A stretch of 64,000 bases of DNA, taken from Corallochytrium limacisporum Hawaii (Eukaryota; Protista; Pluriformea). Position 1 is the first letter of the stretch; the number at the start of each line of letters is the position of its first letter. The stretch covers positions 1 through 64,000 of the forward strand of contig PDIP01000059.1 of the NCBI GenBank assembly GCA_002811645.1. Direction: 5' to 3'. The notes under the pieces were generated by a model that worked only from the letters and a program-made list of their open reading frames with translations, did no database searches and was not told the origin of the DNA. Positions 34,701-46,076 of this stretch are shown piece after piece. The position numbers were made by a program, and so were the translations under genes.

Positions 34701-37396
34701 CCATTGAAGCACGAAATGAGTCATTTTGCAGGAGAGAGAAAATGAGGTGGGGCCAAGATGGAGAGGGGGGGGCGGGGAAGAGACGGGCAGAAGGAAACGT
34801 TGGAGGGAAGCATGTAATTCTCCAGCTCCACGGCCTGTCCACGACAGGGTGATGTTGATGTCCCACAAAGCCTGGATACCTCTAGTCGCTTTGGCTCACG
34901 AATCGTCTACTGCCGCCCGGAAAGGACCTCAAAATGAGTTCATTCATTATCTAATATTAATCCCTTGAACCACCTATCTTTCGCTGGGACCTGACCCTCC
35001 CTTTTTTTGCCAACCCCGACTGCAACGTCAATCAAGCACGCGGACTTTGAATTAGCGAACGGCAGTTCTATAGTAAGAGTGTGTGTATTATGCTCTCCCC
35101 TTCTTATCACAGATAGAAACAAACACAGAATGTGTAACAGCCGAACACACAGGGTGTTATCAAGAGTCATCGTATTTGTACGGGCTGGTCCAATACTGAA
35201 CCAGCACTACGGGGAGGCAGAAGAGGGGGGAGGAGTTCCATTAGAATCAGGATGAGGTCACAGAGCAGCCCGATCATCTCTCCTTTTGGTCAATACGGCT
35301 CGGTCATGTGAGAAAGACCCAGAGAAAGCGATTTTTCTAGTGTCTGCAACCTCTACCGCGAGGGCTTTGCCACGACTGGTCAGTTTTTGTAAAATTAGTA
35401 CAGAAACTATAGTAAGTTGCAAAGGACAAGCCGTGATCGAATGACAAACTTGCTGGGTTCATTGATTATCAAATGGTTGCGTCAGCGTCGGGTAAGTCAG
35501 AAAACCCTTTCCCTTTTTCACGGGAGAGGTCGGTCAGTGACATGGGTCTGAATTAGCGGTGACGGGCCGGACAATACAATGGGTAATCTTCAGGCTACCA
35601 TTGTTTGATACGGTGATCATCTATAATCTCCGCCACCACTACTCAACAGACTTCTCCTCTTCTTCTTTGTTTACCTAACCGTATTGTTCCCGAGGACAAA
35701 GTTTGGACTGGAAGGGACCTGTCGAAAAAGCCAAAAACACAACTCATACCTACCATAGTCTTAGTTTGTTTCATGTATTTTACTGATTGAGAGGATGTGT
35801 GACTGAGACGACCGCCCACTGAACCAGGGATGCGGGACCCTTATCGTGCCCGTATTTCCTCTTGCCGTGGCCCGGGCCGCTGTAATCGGGGAAAACTGGT
35901 CACACAGAACATGGCCGAAGAACTGTTCCTTCGTTCCCCCTTTGGGTACACATCCCCACCCCCACAAATTCCACTGTCCAGTCGTCCAGGCTCTACGTGT
36001 CCCCCCCCCCCAGGTTTGAAGTAAACAATGGGCACTGCAAGGACGGTGGTTAGCTTCCTTTCTTTTAATCTTTCCTCTTTTTCTTCTCAGTTTTGTCCCC
36101 CCCTCTGGCGCCCCTGACTTTGAATTGGGTCTACTTCCCACACACTGAGTTCCATACGGTGTTGCTGATCTGTGCTGAGGGCGAGCTCACAGTCTTTGGC
36201 CGTCTCTTCGTTCCTGGAACCATTTTGCGAACCTGCGCCCATACGCACTTCTTGCCATTTACGGTCCTGCTCGACCCCGAAACAGTGGTGCCGCCTCCGA
36301 GCGGAGCGGCACGGCAAGCCAAAGCAACATGCCTGAGCAGGGCAGTAAGGTGCATGCTCGGGCATGGAAGGTATTGCCGAGGGTGGAAGAAAAGGGGGGC
36401 CAACGTACCTGGACAGATCGTTTCCAAAATTCTCACTTACAACCTCCCCCCATCCGTCTCCCTGATTGGGCTGCCTGGCACAGTGGTACCCAAAAAAACC
36501 TTAGGCCATTCACCATTGCAAACAGCGAAATCCAATAAGGCGAAGTCAGCAAGCCGAAGAAAAATTCTTCGCTAGGCGACGAAGGAACTGGACCAAACCA
36601 TTTTGGCCACCGAGCACCCAAGACAGGAAACCAAACGGGACACATCCAACAAAGAGGAGAGAAGAAGAATTTTGAAAGCACCAAAAAAAAACCACCAAAA
36701 AACCCCCTGTTATCTCTGTGGTTTGAGCACGGACATTGCCCCGCATTGCCGTTTGGTTTCGCTGCACCGTGCTGTGTACACTGCGAAAGGATAAAAGGGA
36801 AAACAGCACTCCTTCTCTCGTCGGTGGTGTGTGAATGCCGCAAGTCGCCAATACGGGCGAGATAGTACGCATAACATATCAACAACAACAAGCCTAACCC
36901 CCTTTGTTTAAGATGCCGCAAATTGAATATTCTATACGAAGATGGCTACGAAGAATCGGATAGTATTCCATACCTACGTAAAGAGGGGAAGGGGGAGGGA
37001 GAGGGGTGCCGAAGTGACGAAGGTTAACTAGTCCCGATTGCACAAATAGCTGAACCTTCAAAATGTCTCTACGGCCCTCATCGACCCAAAAGGAATGCGT
37101 TGATTTAGTGAATAAAGACCATCATGGACATGAAAGGTCCTCTACGGATGAGTGTTCTAATTGCGCTCAGTCTCCAGACACGCTATGGACACGTGGACAT
37201 ATTTACAAGCAAGTTGATGAGAATACACATGCCTTATTGCCATACTAAATAGATAGGCAAGTATTTAAGCTGGGCTTTCAATAGTGTGCATCTGCTCTTT
37301 AAGGCTGCTCTTGGTTAAGGTAAAGGGTACATACCTGTCTATTTCGCATGAGCTCATTCAATTTTTTGTTCTTTTCGGCAGATCCGAGATATTTTG

Positions 37397-38134
37397 CTAG
37401 AACATTTCAAATAAGAAAATCATTAGGTTCTTTTTCTTTCGATATCGTTTCACATCTGCTGGCAGTTTCTTCACGGTCCGCATTTGTGTGTGTCTGTGTT
37501 CTGTGTCTGTCTGTCTGACTGTGGCTGTGTTGTGTGTCTCGCTCGGATCTCCCTGCCCACTGAAGCTGACAGTTCCAGTTCTGGTATTCCTCACTGTCTC
37601 AAAGAGGTCCAAACTTGGCTGTGGTGGAAACACTAGGAATCCAGACCGGAGGAGAAGCATCTTGCGGCTGTGGCCACACAGAGTACGTGGGGAACGTGGT
37701 ATAGGCCCATCTGTTTGGATGACAGGTCAAGATGACGCGGGACCCTGTTGCACCTACCCATAGATGGTGGACTGGATGTTCGAACTTATCCCTTCGGAAT
37801 CCGCTGCCCGGTGCTGAGGTATGATGATGGCGGTGTCTGACGTAGATGGGCCCTCCCGACTAGTTCCGAGCAAGGAGCTTGGAAAAGACCCTGCACTTTA
37901 AGAACGCCGGGTGTGCGCTTCAAATGCCCGGGAAAGACCAGCGTCAGTGAGCGAGCACACGCACACGTAGCTGATTAGAACGTATGGAATCGAAAGGAAT
38001 GGAGTTGGAAGACCAATATCTATGACTGAGAAGGTCGTAGCGTACTCAGTACGTGGGGCTCCGTTGCCGGAAATCTCAAACCATGTGGACCAATGCACGA
38101 TCAGGCACTCACTCTCATCATAGAAGACCCCCAT
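37397..38134 (-). pseudogene. Possible decayed gene (single frame, three internal stops)
   Basis: ORFs 37898-38134 and 37397-37660 share a frame. They are separated only by TAA 37898, TAG 37754 and TGA 37727. No family recognised. Confidence 0.3.
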
Positions 38135-39223
38135 GCGTCTGTCTCTGAGCCTCTAACGATGTCAAGTACATGCGAGATGGAGCAACTGATACAACATTCA
38201 CTACCGCAGCACGTTACCGTACCAAACTGATTCCCCGGCTAAGTGGTCGAAAAACCTGTGTTGTCCACTCCCCCGTCTCACTGGAACAGCGCTGACCGCG
38301 TTCCGGGCCCATATTTGGTGGGCCTTTGGTATTTTTGCCATTGTGCACCGGGAGCTTCGACTGCTGCTTTGGTGCCCCCCCCCCTTTTTTTTATTGTATT
38401 TCTCCTTTTCTTTCTTTCTTACGTTTCTTCCTGCTATCTCTGTTCCCTCCCAAGGCTTCGTCGTTTGCGCTTTTTTGAGGACTCGCTTGCCCCGTTGCGC
38501 CGCTGAACCCCGGTCCTCCTCCCCGCTCTGACCCAGTCGAAATTTTTCACTTTTCCGGCTTTTGTTTAGACACCATTCCCGCCAGCATTTTTGGCCCACC
38601 CATTCCGGCAATTGGCCTCCGGCATCACCAAAACGGAACAACGTAGAGGAGGTGGTACCGAAAAAGGGACAGATATGAAGACAAACAGCATGGCGGATTT
38701 CCCACTTGGATTACTTCTCCCGTATCGTACGGCACGTCATGTCCAAAAAGCCCTATCAAAAAGACGAGTGTGTATTATCAGTGGTTAATACCTGCTGGCC
38801 ACAGGCGTAGGGAAGACGCCCGACACACAGCTGCACTGTGGGCGGAGGGGAAAGGCCCCTGTGGAGTGAGCAACAATAGGGCATCGGCAGCAACCTTGGG
38901 ATCTCTCGCCGTTGGAAACAAGTGGAGCAAGGATTAGCAATATCTTCTTCCTACGTCGGCTACGGAATTTGTCTATCTTTGCGTAATACACCGAAGACCC
39001 AGCAATGTATCCCATCAAGGCATCCCTTTAACATGTTACTGAAAATGCATCCATGAAACAAGCGGACGCACACCAATGAAACGGGTGTGACCGACAAGGA
39101 ATCCCGTTTAGGTACAAAGCCACAAAGGGCAAATGGTACTTAAACACATCTGTCTATCAACGGTGAGAACAACAAAGTAACCTAAACTACTATGTGATAT
39201 GTAAGTTTTGCAATAGCAGCAAT

Positions 39224-41380
39224 ATGAATCTATCCGCCTTCCTTGTCGTCTCGTTGGCTACTGTGGTCACTTTGGCCGCTGCACAATTCAAGAGCTACAC
39301 CCGCCCCGTGTTTGGCTTTGTACCGGGTTGGTATGGTACCTCTGGTTTGGATGCTGTTGATTTTGAACAGCTGACACATGCCGCTTTTGCCTTTGCTTTG
39401 CCCCAGAGTGATGGAAGTCTGAATCACCCATACGATCACCTTGTGGGTGACTTTGTAAATCGTTGCCATTCTTTTGGTGTACGGGCAATTCTTTCTATCG
39501 GTGGTGCCCTAGGAGCTGGAGCATTTCACTCTGTTGGATCTAGTACCGCAGCTCGTGCCACTTTTAGCAATGCTGTTGCTTCCTACGTTACTCAACACAA
39601 CTTTGATGGCGTCGACATTGACTGGGAAGAGTGGAGCACCGGGGGCAATGCTGCTTCCGTCGCTGATGAGACCGCTGCGTATCTGGCACTAATGGAGGAT
39701 GTCAAGGCAGCTTTACCTGAGGAAATTATTCTCACTACGGATGTCTTTGGATCCAACTGGTTTGGTCAGAACTACCCGACCGAGATGTTCAGCATTGTTG
39801 ACTTTGTAAACATCATGGCCTATGACTTCACTGGCAACTGGGGTGGCAGTCCCATTGCCCATCACTCGACTTTCCAGGACGCCCAAATTGCTCTTTCCTA
39901 CTGGCAGGGCACCCGTGGTGTGCCAGCGAGCAAAATCAATCTTGGGGTACCGTTTTACGGCAAAAGTTTCCCCGGTGGTACTCATGTTCCCTTCTCTCAG
40001 GTCTATTGCCCGAATCGGCCTGCTCTTGACAGCCTCGATGTTGACAACCCCGAGTACGGAACCAATCAATTCACAGAAACGCCCCAACTTATCACCAAGA
40101 AACTGACCGATCCTGCCAATGTAGCACGCTTCAATGGAGTGATGATATGGGAAGTAACATTGGACGTGCATCCGAATAGCAATGAAAGCCTGTTGGGTGC
40201 TGTGAATGCGGGAACAAACAAGTACCCCTCCTCTTACCCCGTTGCTGACGCCTGCGCTGCAAAACAATTGCCGGCCACCCCCGTTTCGCCGCCAACCAGC
40301 TCATCTTCCAGCACTACTACTACCACCAATCCATCTGAGTCCACTTCCAGCACAACCACAACGCCAACAACGAGCAGTACTAGCACAAACCCCTCCACGA
40401 GCACTACCAGCACAACAAGCACACCGACAAGCACCCCCACTTCCACAGCGACGACAACTGGCAGTGCAGAGCCCCAGGTCAAGAGTTTCTCAGATGATCC
40501 GTACGTTGAAGGTACCGCCACAGTTGGATGGGCTAGCTCTACTGGATACGGAATTCGACTAGCACTGGATGCCAAGCAAACGATTCCACAAGGCTGGAAC
40601 CTCGAGATCAAACTCCCTGCTGGCCATACTATCAATGCTGACGATATGTACAATGCAGCCGTTGTGCAGCATCGTTCAGGTGAGAACGTGTGGGTACTTG
40701 GGACCCCGGGTGGCTGGTACCTCTCCTTCACTCAGGGACAGACATTTACCATGGGCTGGAACGGATCCAAAGACGCCAACAGTGACGTATCCAATGTGTT
40801 GGACTTGTCCATGGTTGTCCCTAGCGAAGAATCCACCGTGACGACGCAGACTACGACTGACCCGACCACGACGACCCCTTCAACCAGTGATCCTCCGACG
40901 ACCTCGTCAACCACAAATCCTCCTACAACCACTTCTACAAGTAATCCTCCAACCACGACACTCACTTCCACATCTTCCTCACCAACCGTCGGCCCCACGA
41001 CTTCTGGTGACACATCGACACCGGATGCAGATACCCTGGTAGTGGAAGACCATTCTGTGAAGTTGACGGCCAAGATTACTTGGGGCAATAGTGCAACCTA
41101 TGGGATGACCCTGGAGGTCCAAGCGAAGCTAGACGTACCGGAAGGATGGGCCATCGGCCTCAAGTTCCCCAATGGTCAAGACATTGGCACACACTGGAAC
41201 TTTGCCATAAAGGAGCAACTCCCTGACGGCACCTACATTTTGGTTACTCCCGGAACCTGGAACACAAGTCTGGCCGCAGGCGGCACTTTTCGCTTCGGAT
41301 GGAACGGAAAATCTGCCAACTCTGGTGGTCCGGAGCTACCTGAATTTCTCGTATACTCACCGAATGGTAGTTTTAGTTAA
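39224..41380 (+). CDS. Secreted GH18 chitinase with Ser/Thr linkers and two CBM2-like modules
   Basis: Signal peptide from ATG 39224, LSIGG, FDGVDIDWE catalytic motif, NIMAYD, LGVPFYG, GVMIWE, and two Trp-rich beta modules ending GWNG. Confidence 0.93.
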   Translation: MNLSAFLVVSLATVVTLAAAQFKSYTRPVFGFVPGWYGTSGLDAVDFEQLTHAAFAFALPQSDGSLNHPYDHLVGDFVNRCHSFGVRAILSIGGALGAGAFHSVGSSTAARATFSNAVASYVTQHNFDGVDIDWEEWSTGGNAASVADETAAYLALMEDVKAALPEEIILTTDVFGSNWFGQNYPTEMFSIVDFVNIMAYDFTGNWGGSPIAHHSTFQDAQIALSYWQGTRGVPASKINLGVPFYGKSFPGGTHVPFSQVYCPNRPALDSLDVDNPEYGTNQFTETPQLITKKLTDPANVARFNGVMIWEVTLDVHPNSNESLLGAVNAGTNKYPSSYPVADACAAKQLPATPVSPPTSSSSSTTTTTNPSESTSSTTTTPTTSSTSTNPSTSTTSTTSTPTSTPTSTATTTGSAEPQVKSFSDDPYVEGTATVGWASSTGYGIRLALDAKQTIPQGWNLEIKLPAGHTINADDMYNAAVVQHRSGENVWVLGTPGGWYLSFTQGQTFTMGWNGSKDANSDVSNVLDLSMVVPSEESTVTTQTTTDPTTTTPSTSDPPTTSSTTNPPTTTSTSNPPTTTLTSTSSSPTVGPTTSGDTSTPDADTLVVEDHSVKLTAKITWGNSATYGMTLEVQAKLDVPEGWAIGLKFPNGQDIGTHWNFAIKEQLPDGTYILVTPGTWNTSLAAGGTFRFGWNGKSANSGGPELPEFLVYSPNGSFS

Positions 41381-42374
41381 CCAGCTGGGGACCTCGTTGT
41401 GTGAGAAAGCCTTTTCCCCGGCCAAGGAAACTGGTCTCAAGGCGACACTATATCCAATCGCTATGTCCCTTCACATCTGTCATGCAATTTTCGAATACAG
41501 GCGATAGTGCCGCCACGTCAATTAACCATCAGGCCCGCTCCAAGAGGCCCCCCGGGTCATACAACGGTCCTCCCCACCGCCACGCAAACCTTCCTGCTCC
41601 ATGCAAATCAACACAAGGACGCATGCTTGGCAACGTGGTAGGGAAATCTCAGCGGCCCGCGTCGGATCTTGCGGTGGTGGTCAGATATCGGCTCGGCCGC
41701 CGTCCGGGCCCCCCTTTCTCCTCTGGGGGTGCCGTCCCTTTCTCTCCCTTTCATAGAAGGAGAGAGTTTCTGCAGTGAGACACGGATGACCTACGATTGG
41801 TTGTGCTTTGCAAAATTGGTAGTCCGTAAGTCGAGTTGTTCATCAACCTACCTAGGCTCAAGTTGAATTGGTCCACGGTGGGTAAGACCATATATTGAGT
41901 ATGGAGTACAGACACACCGAGCCTATTGCAGACCGTTCCGGGCCAAGTATTGAGGAAACGGAATTGTGCGTAAACAAAGGGTGGTGGGACCCCGCAATTG
42001 ACAAAAGGGAACTGAGTTCGTGGAACTGCATGTGTGATCTGTGTGATACGGTTGTACGCATTCCACGCAATGCAAACGTGTACGTCCGGCCCGCATTATT
42101 TCCATCAACAGACGGAAGGGGTCCGAGCACAATGACGCTCTCACTCAAACTGTATCTCTGACCCGGGCCTGGACATACCACCCGCCACGGGTGAACAGGG
42201 GAGAGGGGTAAAGTATCGTCTAATTGGGTCACCATCGGTGCGTTTGCATTACCTGCTTTGAATTGAAGACGTGAAGTGCAGTGCTGCCCAGTCTTCTTTA
42301 ACTTGCTATTTATGAGGACCTATCATTACAAACCACAGATGCAATCCTGGATCATGTTGTGGAAAAACGGCACA

Positions 42375-43103
42375 ATGACATATGAAATAGACTCGGACGG
42401 ATTCTACCTCCTCTCTGCCGAGGACAAGGCCCAGGACAAGGTCGCCTCCTTCCAATCTCTTGTGAAGCAATCAGAGTACACTGTTGCAGTGTCCTATCGT
42501 GGTGATTGGTGACCTTATTGCAAGCCCTACCTTCTGGATTTTCAGCGGATTGAGAAGGAATTTGCTGCCTTGGGCGCCCACCTTGTGTTCTTCTCCAGTC
42601 AACCCAAGTCACTGGTACAGTTTGTGCAGAAGGACTGGAAAATTGACGTACCGATAATTTCTGATCCCACCAACCAGCTAGCAAACTATCTGCGCGAGGA
42701 ATATGGCTGGAAAGGTGTCCAGAGCGGGGGCCGTAACGATACGAATACTTTCTTCAGAAAGGTGCACAGGAAAATCAAAATGTACGGTGAGGGTATGACT
42801 CAGCCAGGTGTGCTTATTGTTCGTCCAAAGGATGGCAAAGTATTGTACAACTGGGGCATTATTCCAGAAGCCATGAACTTAGGAGGTGCCAAAGATCGAC
42901 CCAAGCCTGAAGACATTCTGCAGATATTTAAATACCGTCTGGCGAACAACCAGACGGACGCGGATCCTCTGCCGAAGCATCTCGAACCCAAGGTGACTAC
43001 CAGCCTTGACATGGATCCTCAATTGCTACGGATTGAGTATCGGATCTTCCTGGCTGTCATCGTTATTCTCTTGATCTATATAGTCCACTCTATCTTCAGC
43101 TAG
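42375..43103 (+). CDS. AhpC/peroxiredoxin-like (thioredoxin-fold) selenoprotein, UxxC with Sec at TGA 42510-42512, C-terminal TM helix
   Basis: ORFs 42276-42512 and 42570-43103 are in one frame, separated only by TGA. Read-through gives SYRGDW-U-PYCKPYL...IISDPTNQLA...QPGVLIVRPKDGKVLYNW. SECIS-like element downstream. Confidence 0.88.
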
Positions 43104-43140
43104 AGTGCCTTTCGTTTGGCACGACCGTTGCACATACCAA

Positions 43141-43210
43141 ATACTCTTCGAACATGACGCATGTCCTCCTAAAGCTACAATGCATGGAAGATGAGCTGAA
43201 AAACAGTTAT
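43141..43210 (+). promoter_or_regulatory. Candidate SECIS element in the 3' UTR
   Basis: ATGAC at 43154, a 12-nt helix II, AAA at 43171-43173, and a complementary arm ending TGAA at 43197-43200. Confidence 0.7.
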
Positions 43211-44810
43211 GGGGTTGATGATGGTCGTTGTACACCATCTTCAAATGCCAGAACGGACCATACCCTTCTCGACATCTATCCGCTTGCACATGTAAAATCC
43301 GATCTAAGAGTGGGTGCCGTTTGGCCATCGGTAACCAGTGCGGGAAGCACTAGGGCCCCCATGACGGAGAAGTATTCAATAACTGATACAGAGACTTATA
43401 TGAGATACTCAGAAGATTCTTCGAGCGATTTATTTGCACATGACCGAGGAACCTGCACCAAAGGACGCCTGACTGTCTGCTAGTCACCTGATGGGATGGC
43501 CCCCCGCAACCCGACCCGCTTGCGGGTCCCGTTGTAACCGGGTTCTGCAATATTCCACCATCTCTCGAATCTCAGAATACATATCCATACAAGCAATCAT
43601 GTCAAAAATAGACTCCTGTTTGCCTCGAACGAAAAAGCAAGTGCGCTTACTCCGGCAAGAGCGGGGTTCATCCCTGCCTCTTTCGTTTTCGCCCCAAAAT
43701 AGGGAAAAAATAGTTTGTTAAGCCACTTTAGGGGAGAGGCCAGAAGGGGTTCAGTTTGAAATTGTCCACTCGCGCACCGGGGGGTAGTATGTAGGTAAGG
43801 TGAGTTTTTTTCTCCGTGGAGCATCCGCACGGGTCCCACACGCGATTTATGAAGTGCGCGGGGCAGCCAGTACACGGGCACCGAGCACCTCATTTCTAAA
43901 TCGCTGCTCTACGCAATGGCACAGTGGGAAAGGTGCTCTGGAAGCGAAGATGTCCACAACAATTTGCCAATGACTGCCGGGGATGCATCACTTCCAGTAC
44001 ATGATTGGGTCTGATTGTTGGTATGTCTGCCGGATGTTCCCTCAACCCCCAGTTGGTCACCCTGGTTCGCGTCCCCGAAGTAATCAACATACACTTACAC
44101 ACACACGCACGCTTTCACTCTGCTACATCTCTCCGTTCGCCAGTGTTAGCCCCCCTTCCCTCCCTTCCCTCGGCACAATTTTTGGGGCGACAAGCTGGAG
44201 AGTTACCAAACTTACTTGCTTCATACTGAAGGTATCGAAAACTTCACGGAGAGTTTCAAGAACTCAGTCCCAACAGCAGTTTTGGGGGGGCGGGGGGACT
44301 CTCTCTGGTGGGATAGTCTGCCCGGCACAGGGCATATATCGGCAGTTGCAAATGGTGTGGAAATGGTGCTGTAATAACGAGTCTGCCTGTGCGCTTTGCT
44401 TTGCCATGCCATGTTGGTAGATGCTCAATATAATGAGCTACACAACTGACCAACTGCCGAGAAAATTCTTATACTGTTGGGCCGACAAACGACAGTGTGG
44501 GACATGTGCTTTAGGCCGGGCCAAACTGGCCCATTTCGTCGGTTCCATCGTCAGAGGATACACTTGATGACGCCACTGGCAAAGAAAGAGCTCATGAATA
44601 GAAATCTGAGGGGATTTCCGCTCTACCCTGGAATTCTATCAGCGCGTTTCGACAGATTTGAGCACTAATGGTTGTACTTGGCAAACCGTAACACGTAGGA
44701 AAGCTAGTAAAGAGTCAAGGCAGCTGAAGGGATTATCCAACACTAAAGATCCAAGCTTCGTCAGGTTCATAATAGTATCGGGAGGGAGTTTTTTCCATTC
44801 ATTATCAACC

Positions 44811-46076
44811 ATGGCCCCAAATATTCAGGCCACACAATCGGCAGATAGTCCTGCGGGGCCTGCAGTTCTGCCTGAGGGTGTCGTCTCCGAAACCGAACTC
44901 TGTATTGACGGTGTTGCATACGACGTGAAGGACTTTGTCAAGCGCCACCCGGGCGGTTCCGTTATCAAGTTTTACCAGGGTATGGATGCCACTCAGCCCT
45001 TCAAGGAGTTCCATCTCCGTTCTCCTAAGGCTATGAAAATGCTGGCCGCTTTGCCTCACCGTGAGCTGGACCCCAAGGCTGTCCGTGCCAAGGACGCCAA
45101 GGCGCAGGCACTCCTCGACGACTACAACGCTCTGCGTGCGCAGCTCGAAGCGGAAGGTTTCTATGACCCTTCCATCCCCCACGTCGTCTACCGCATTACT
45201 GAGCTGGTGCTCATGCACATTGCCGGCATTTGGATGGTCTACAACGGTTGGATGGTTACTGGTCTGGCGGTGCTGGGTATCGTGCAGGGCCGATGCGGTT
45301 GGTTCATGCACGAGGGTGGTCACCACTCCCTGACTGGACACATCCCCACCGACATCTTCATTCAGGAGTTCTTCTACGGAGTTGGCTGTGGTATGAGTGC
45401 TGCCTTCTGGCGCAACCAACACAATAAGCACCACGCTGCACCCCAGAAATTGAAGCATGACGTCGACTTGGATACCCTACCCCTTATTGCATTCAACAAG
45501 GCCATTGGCAAGTACGGGTCCAGATGGTGGCTGCGCATGCAAGCCCACCTGTTTGCTCCTGTGATCACCACTCTAGTGGCTCTTGGCTGGCAGTTCTATC
45601 TCCACCCCCGTCACTCTTTGCGGATTAAGAACTTTAAGGAACTTGGCTGGATGGTTGTGCGGTACATGGCCTGGTATGCTCTGTTTGTACCCAAGTATGG
45701 CGGGTGGAACGCGGCTGGCATGTACCTGCTTTACGTCATGTTTGGCGCAGCCTATATCTTTGTCAATTTTGCCGTCAGCCACACACATCTGCCTGTAGTC
45801 GAAAAGAATGACAAATCTGTAAACTGGATTCACTTTGCCGCCATACACACCATGAATGCCGAGGATTCCTGGTGGTGCAATTGGTGGATGTCTTATCTTA
45901 ACTTCCAAATTGAGCACCATCTGTTCCCGTGCATGCCTCAATTCCGCCACCCGGAGAGCAGCAAGCGCGTTAAGGCATTGTTCGAGAAGCATGGTCTTCC
46001 ATATCTGCGCACATCATACTGGGAGGCCGTCAAGATGACATGGGCCAACCTATACGAGGTAGGCAATGACCACTGA
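44811..46076 (+). CDS. Front-end fatty acid desaturase (cytochrome b5 fusion; delta-5-like)
   Basis: HPGG heme motif; His boxes HEGGH, HNKHH and QIEHH. ATG 44811 is in an accATGg context. Confidence 0.93.
   Translation: MAPNIQATQSADSPAGPAVLPEGVVSETELCIDGVAYDVKDFVKRHPGGSVIKFYQGMDATQPFKEFHLRSPKAMKMLAALPHRELDPKAVRAKDAKAQALLDDYNALRAQLEAEGFYDPSIPHVVYRITELVLMHIAGIWMVYNGWMVTGLAVLGIVQGRCGWFMHEGGHHSLTGHIPTDIFIQEFFYGVGCGMSAAFWRNQHNKHHAAPQKLKHDVDLDTLPLIAFNKAIGKYGSRWWLRMQAHLFAPVITTLVALGWQFYLHPRHSLRIKNFKELGWMVVRYMAWYALFVPKYGGWNAAGMYLLYVMFGAAYIFVNFAVSHTHLPVVEKNDKSVNWIHFAAIHTMNAEDSWWCNWWMSYLNFQIEHHLFPCMPQFRHPESSKRVKALFEKHGLPYLRTSYWEAVKMTWANLYEVGNDH

Noticed and set aside
41895-42161. 88-aa ORF with CMCDLC upstream of the selenoprotein
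   Set aside because: No family recognised and no link in frame to the selenoprotein; it cannot be supported.
43361-43415. Second possible SECIS (ATGAC...AA...TGAG)
   Set aside because: The helix directly above the core does not pair adequately.
43154-43483. 109-aa ORF after the selenoprotein
   Set aside because: Its ATG is the SECIS core AUGA and it has no recognisable protein features.
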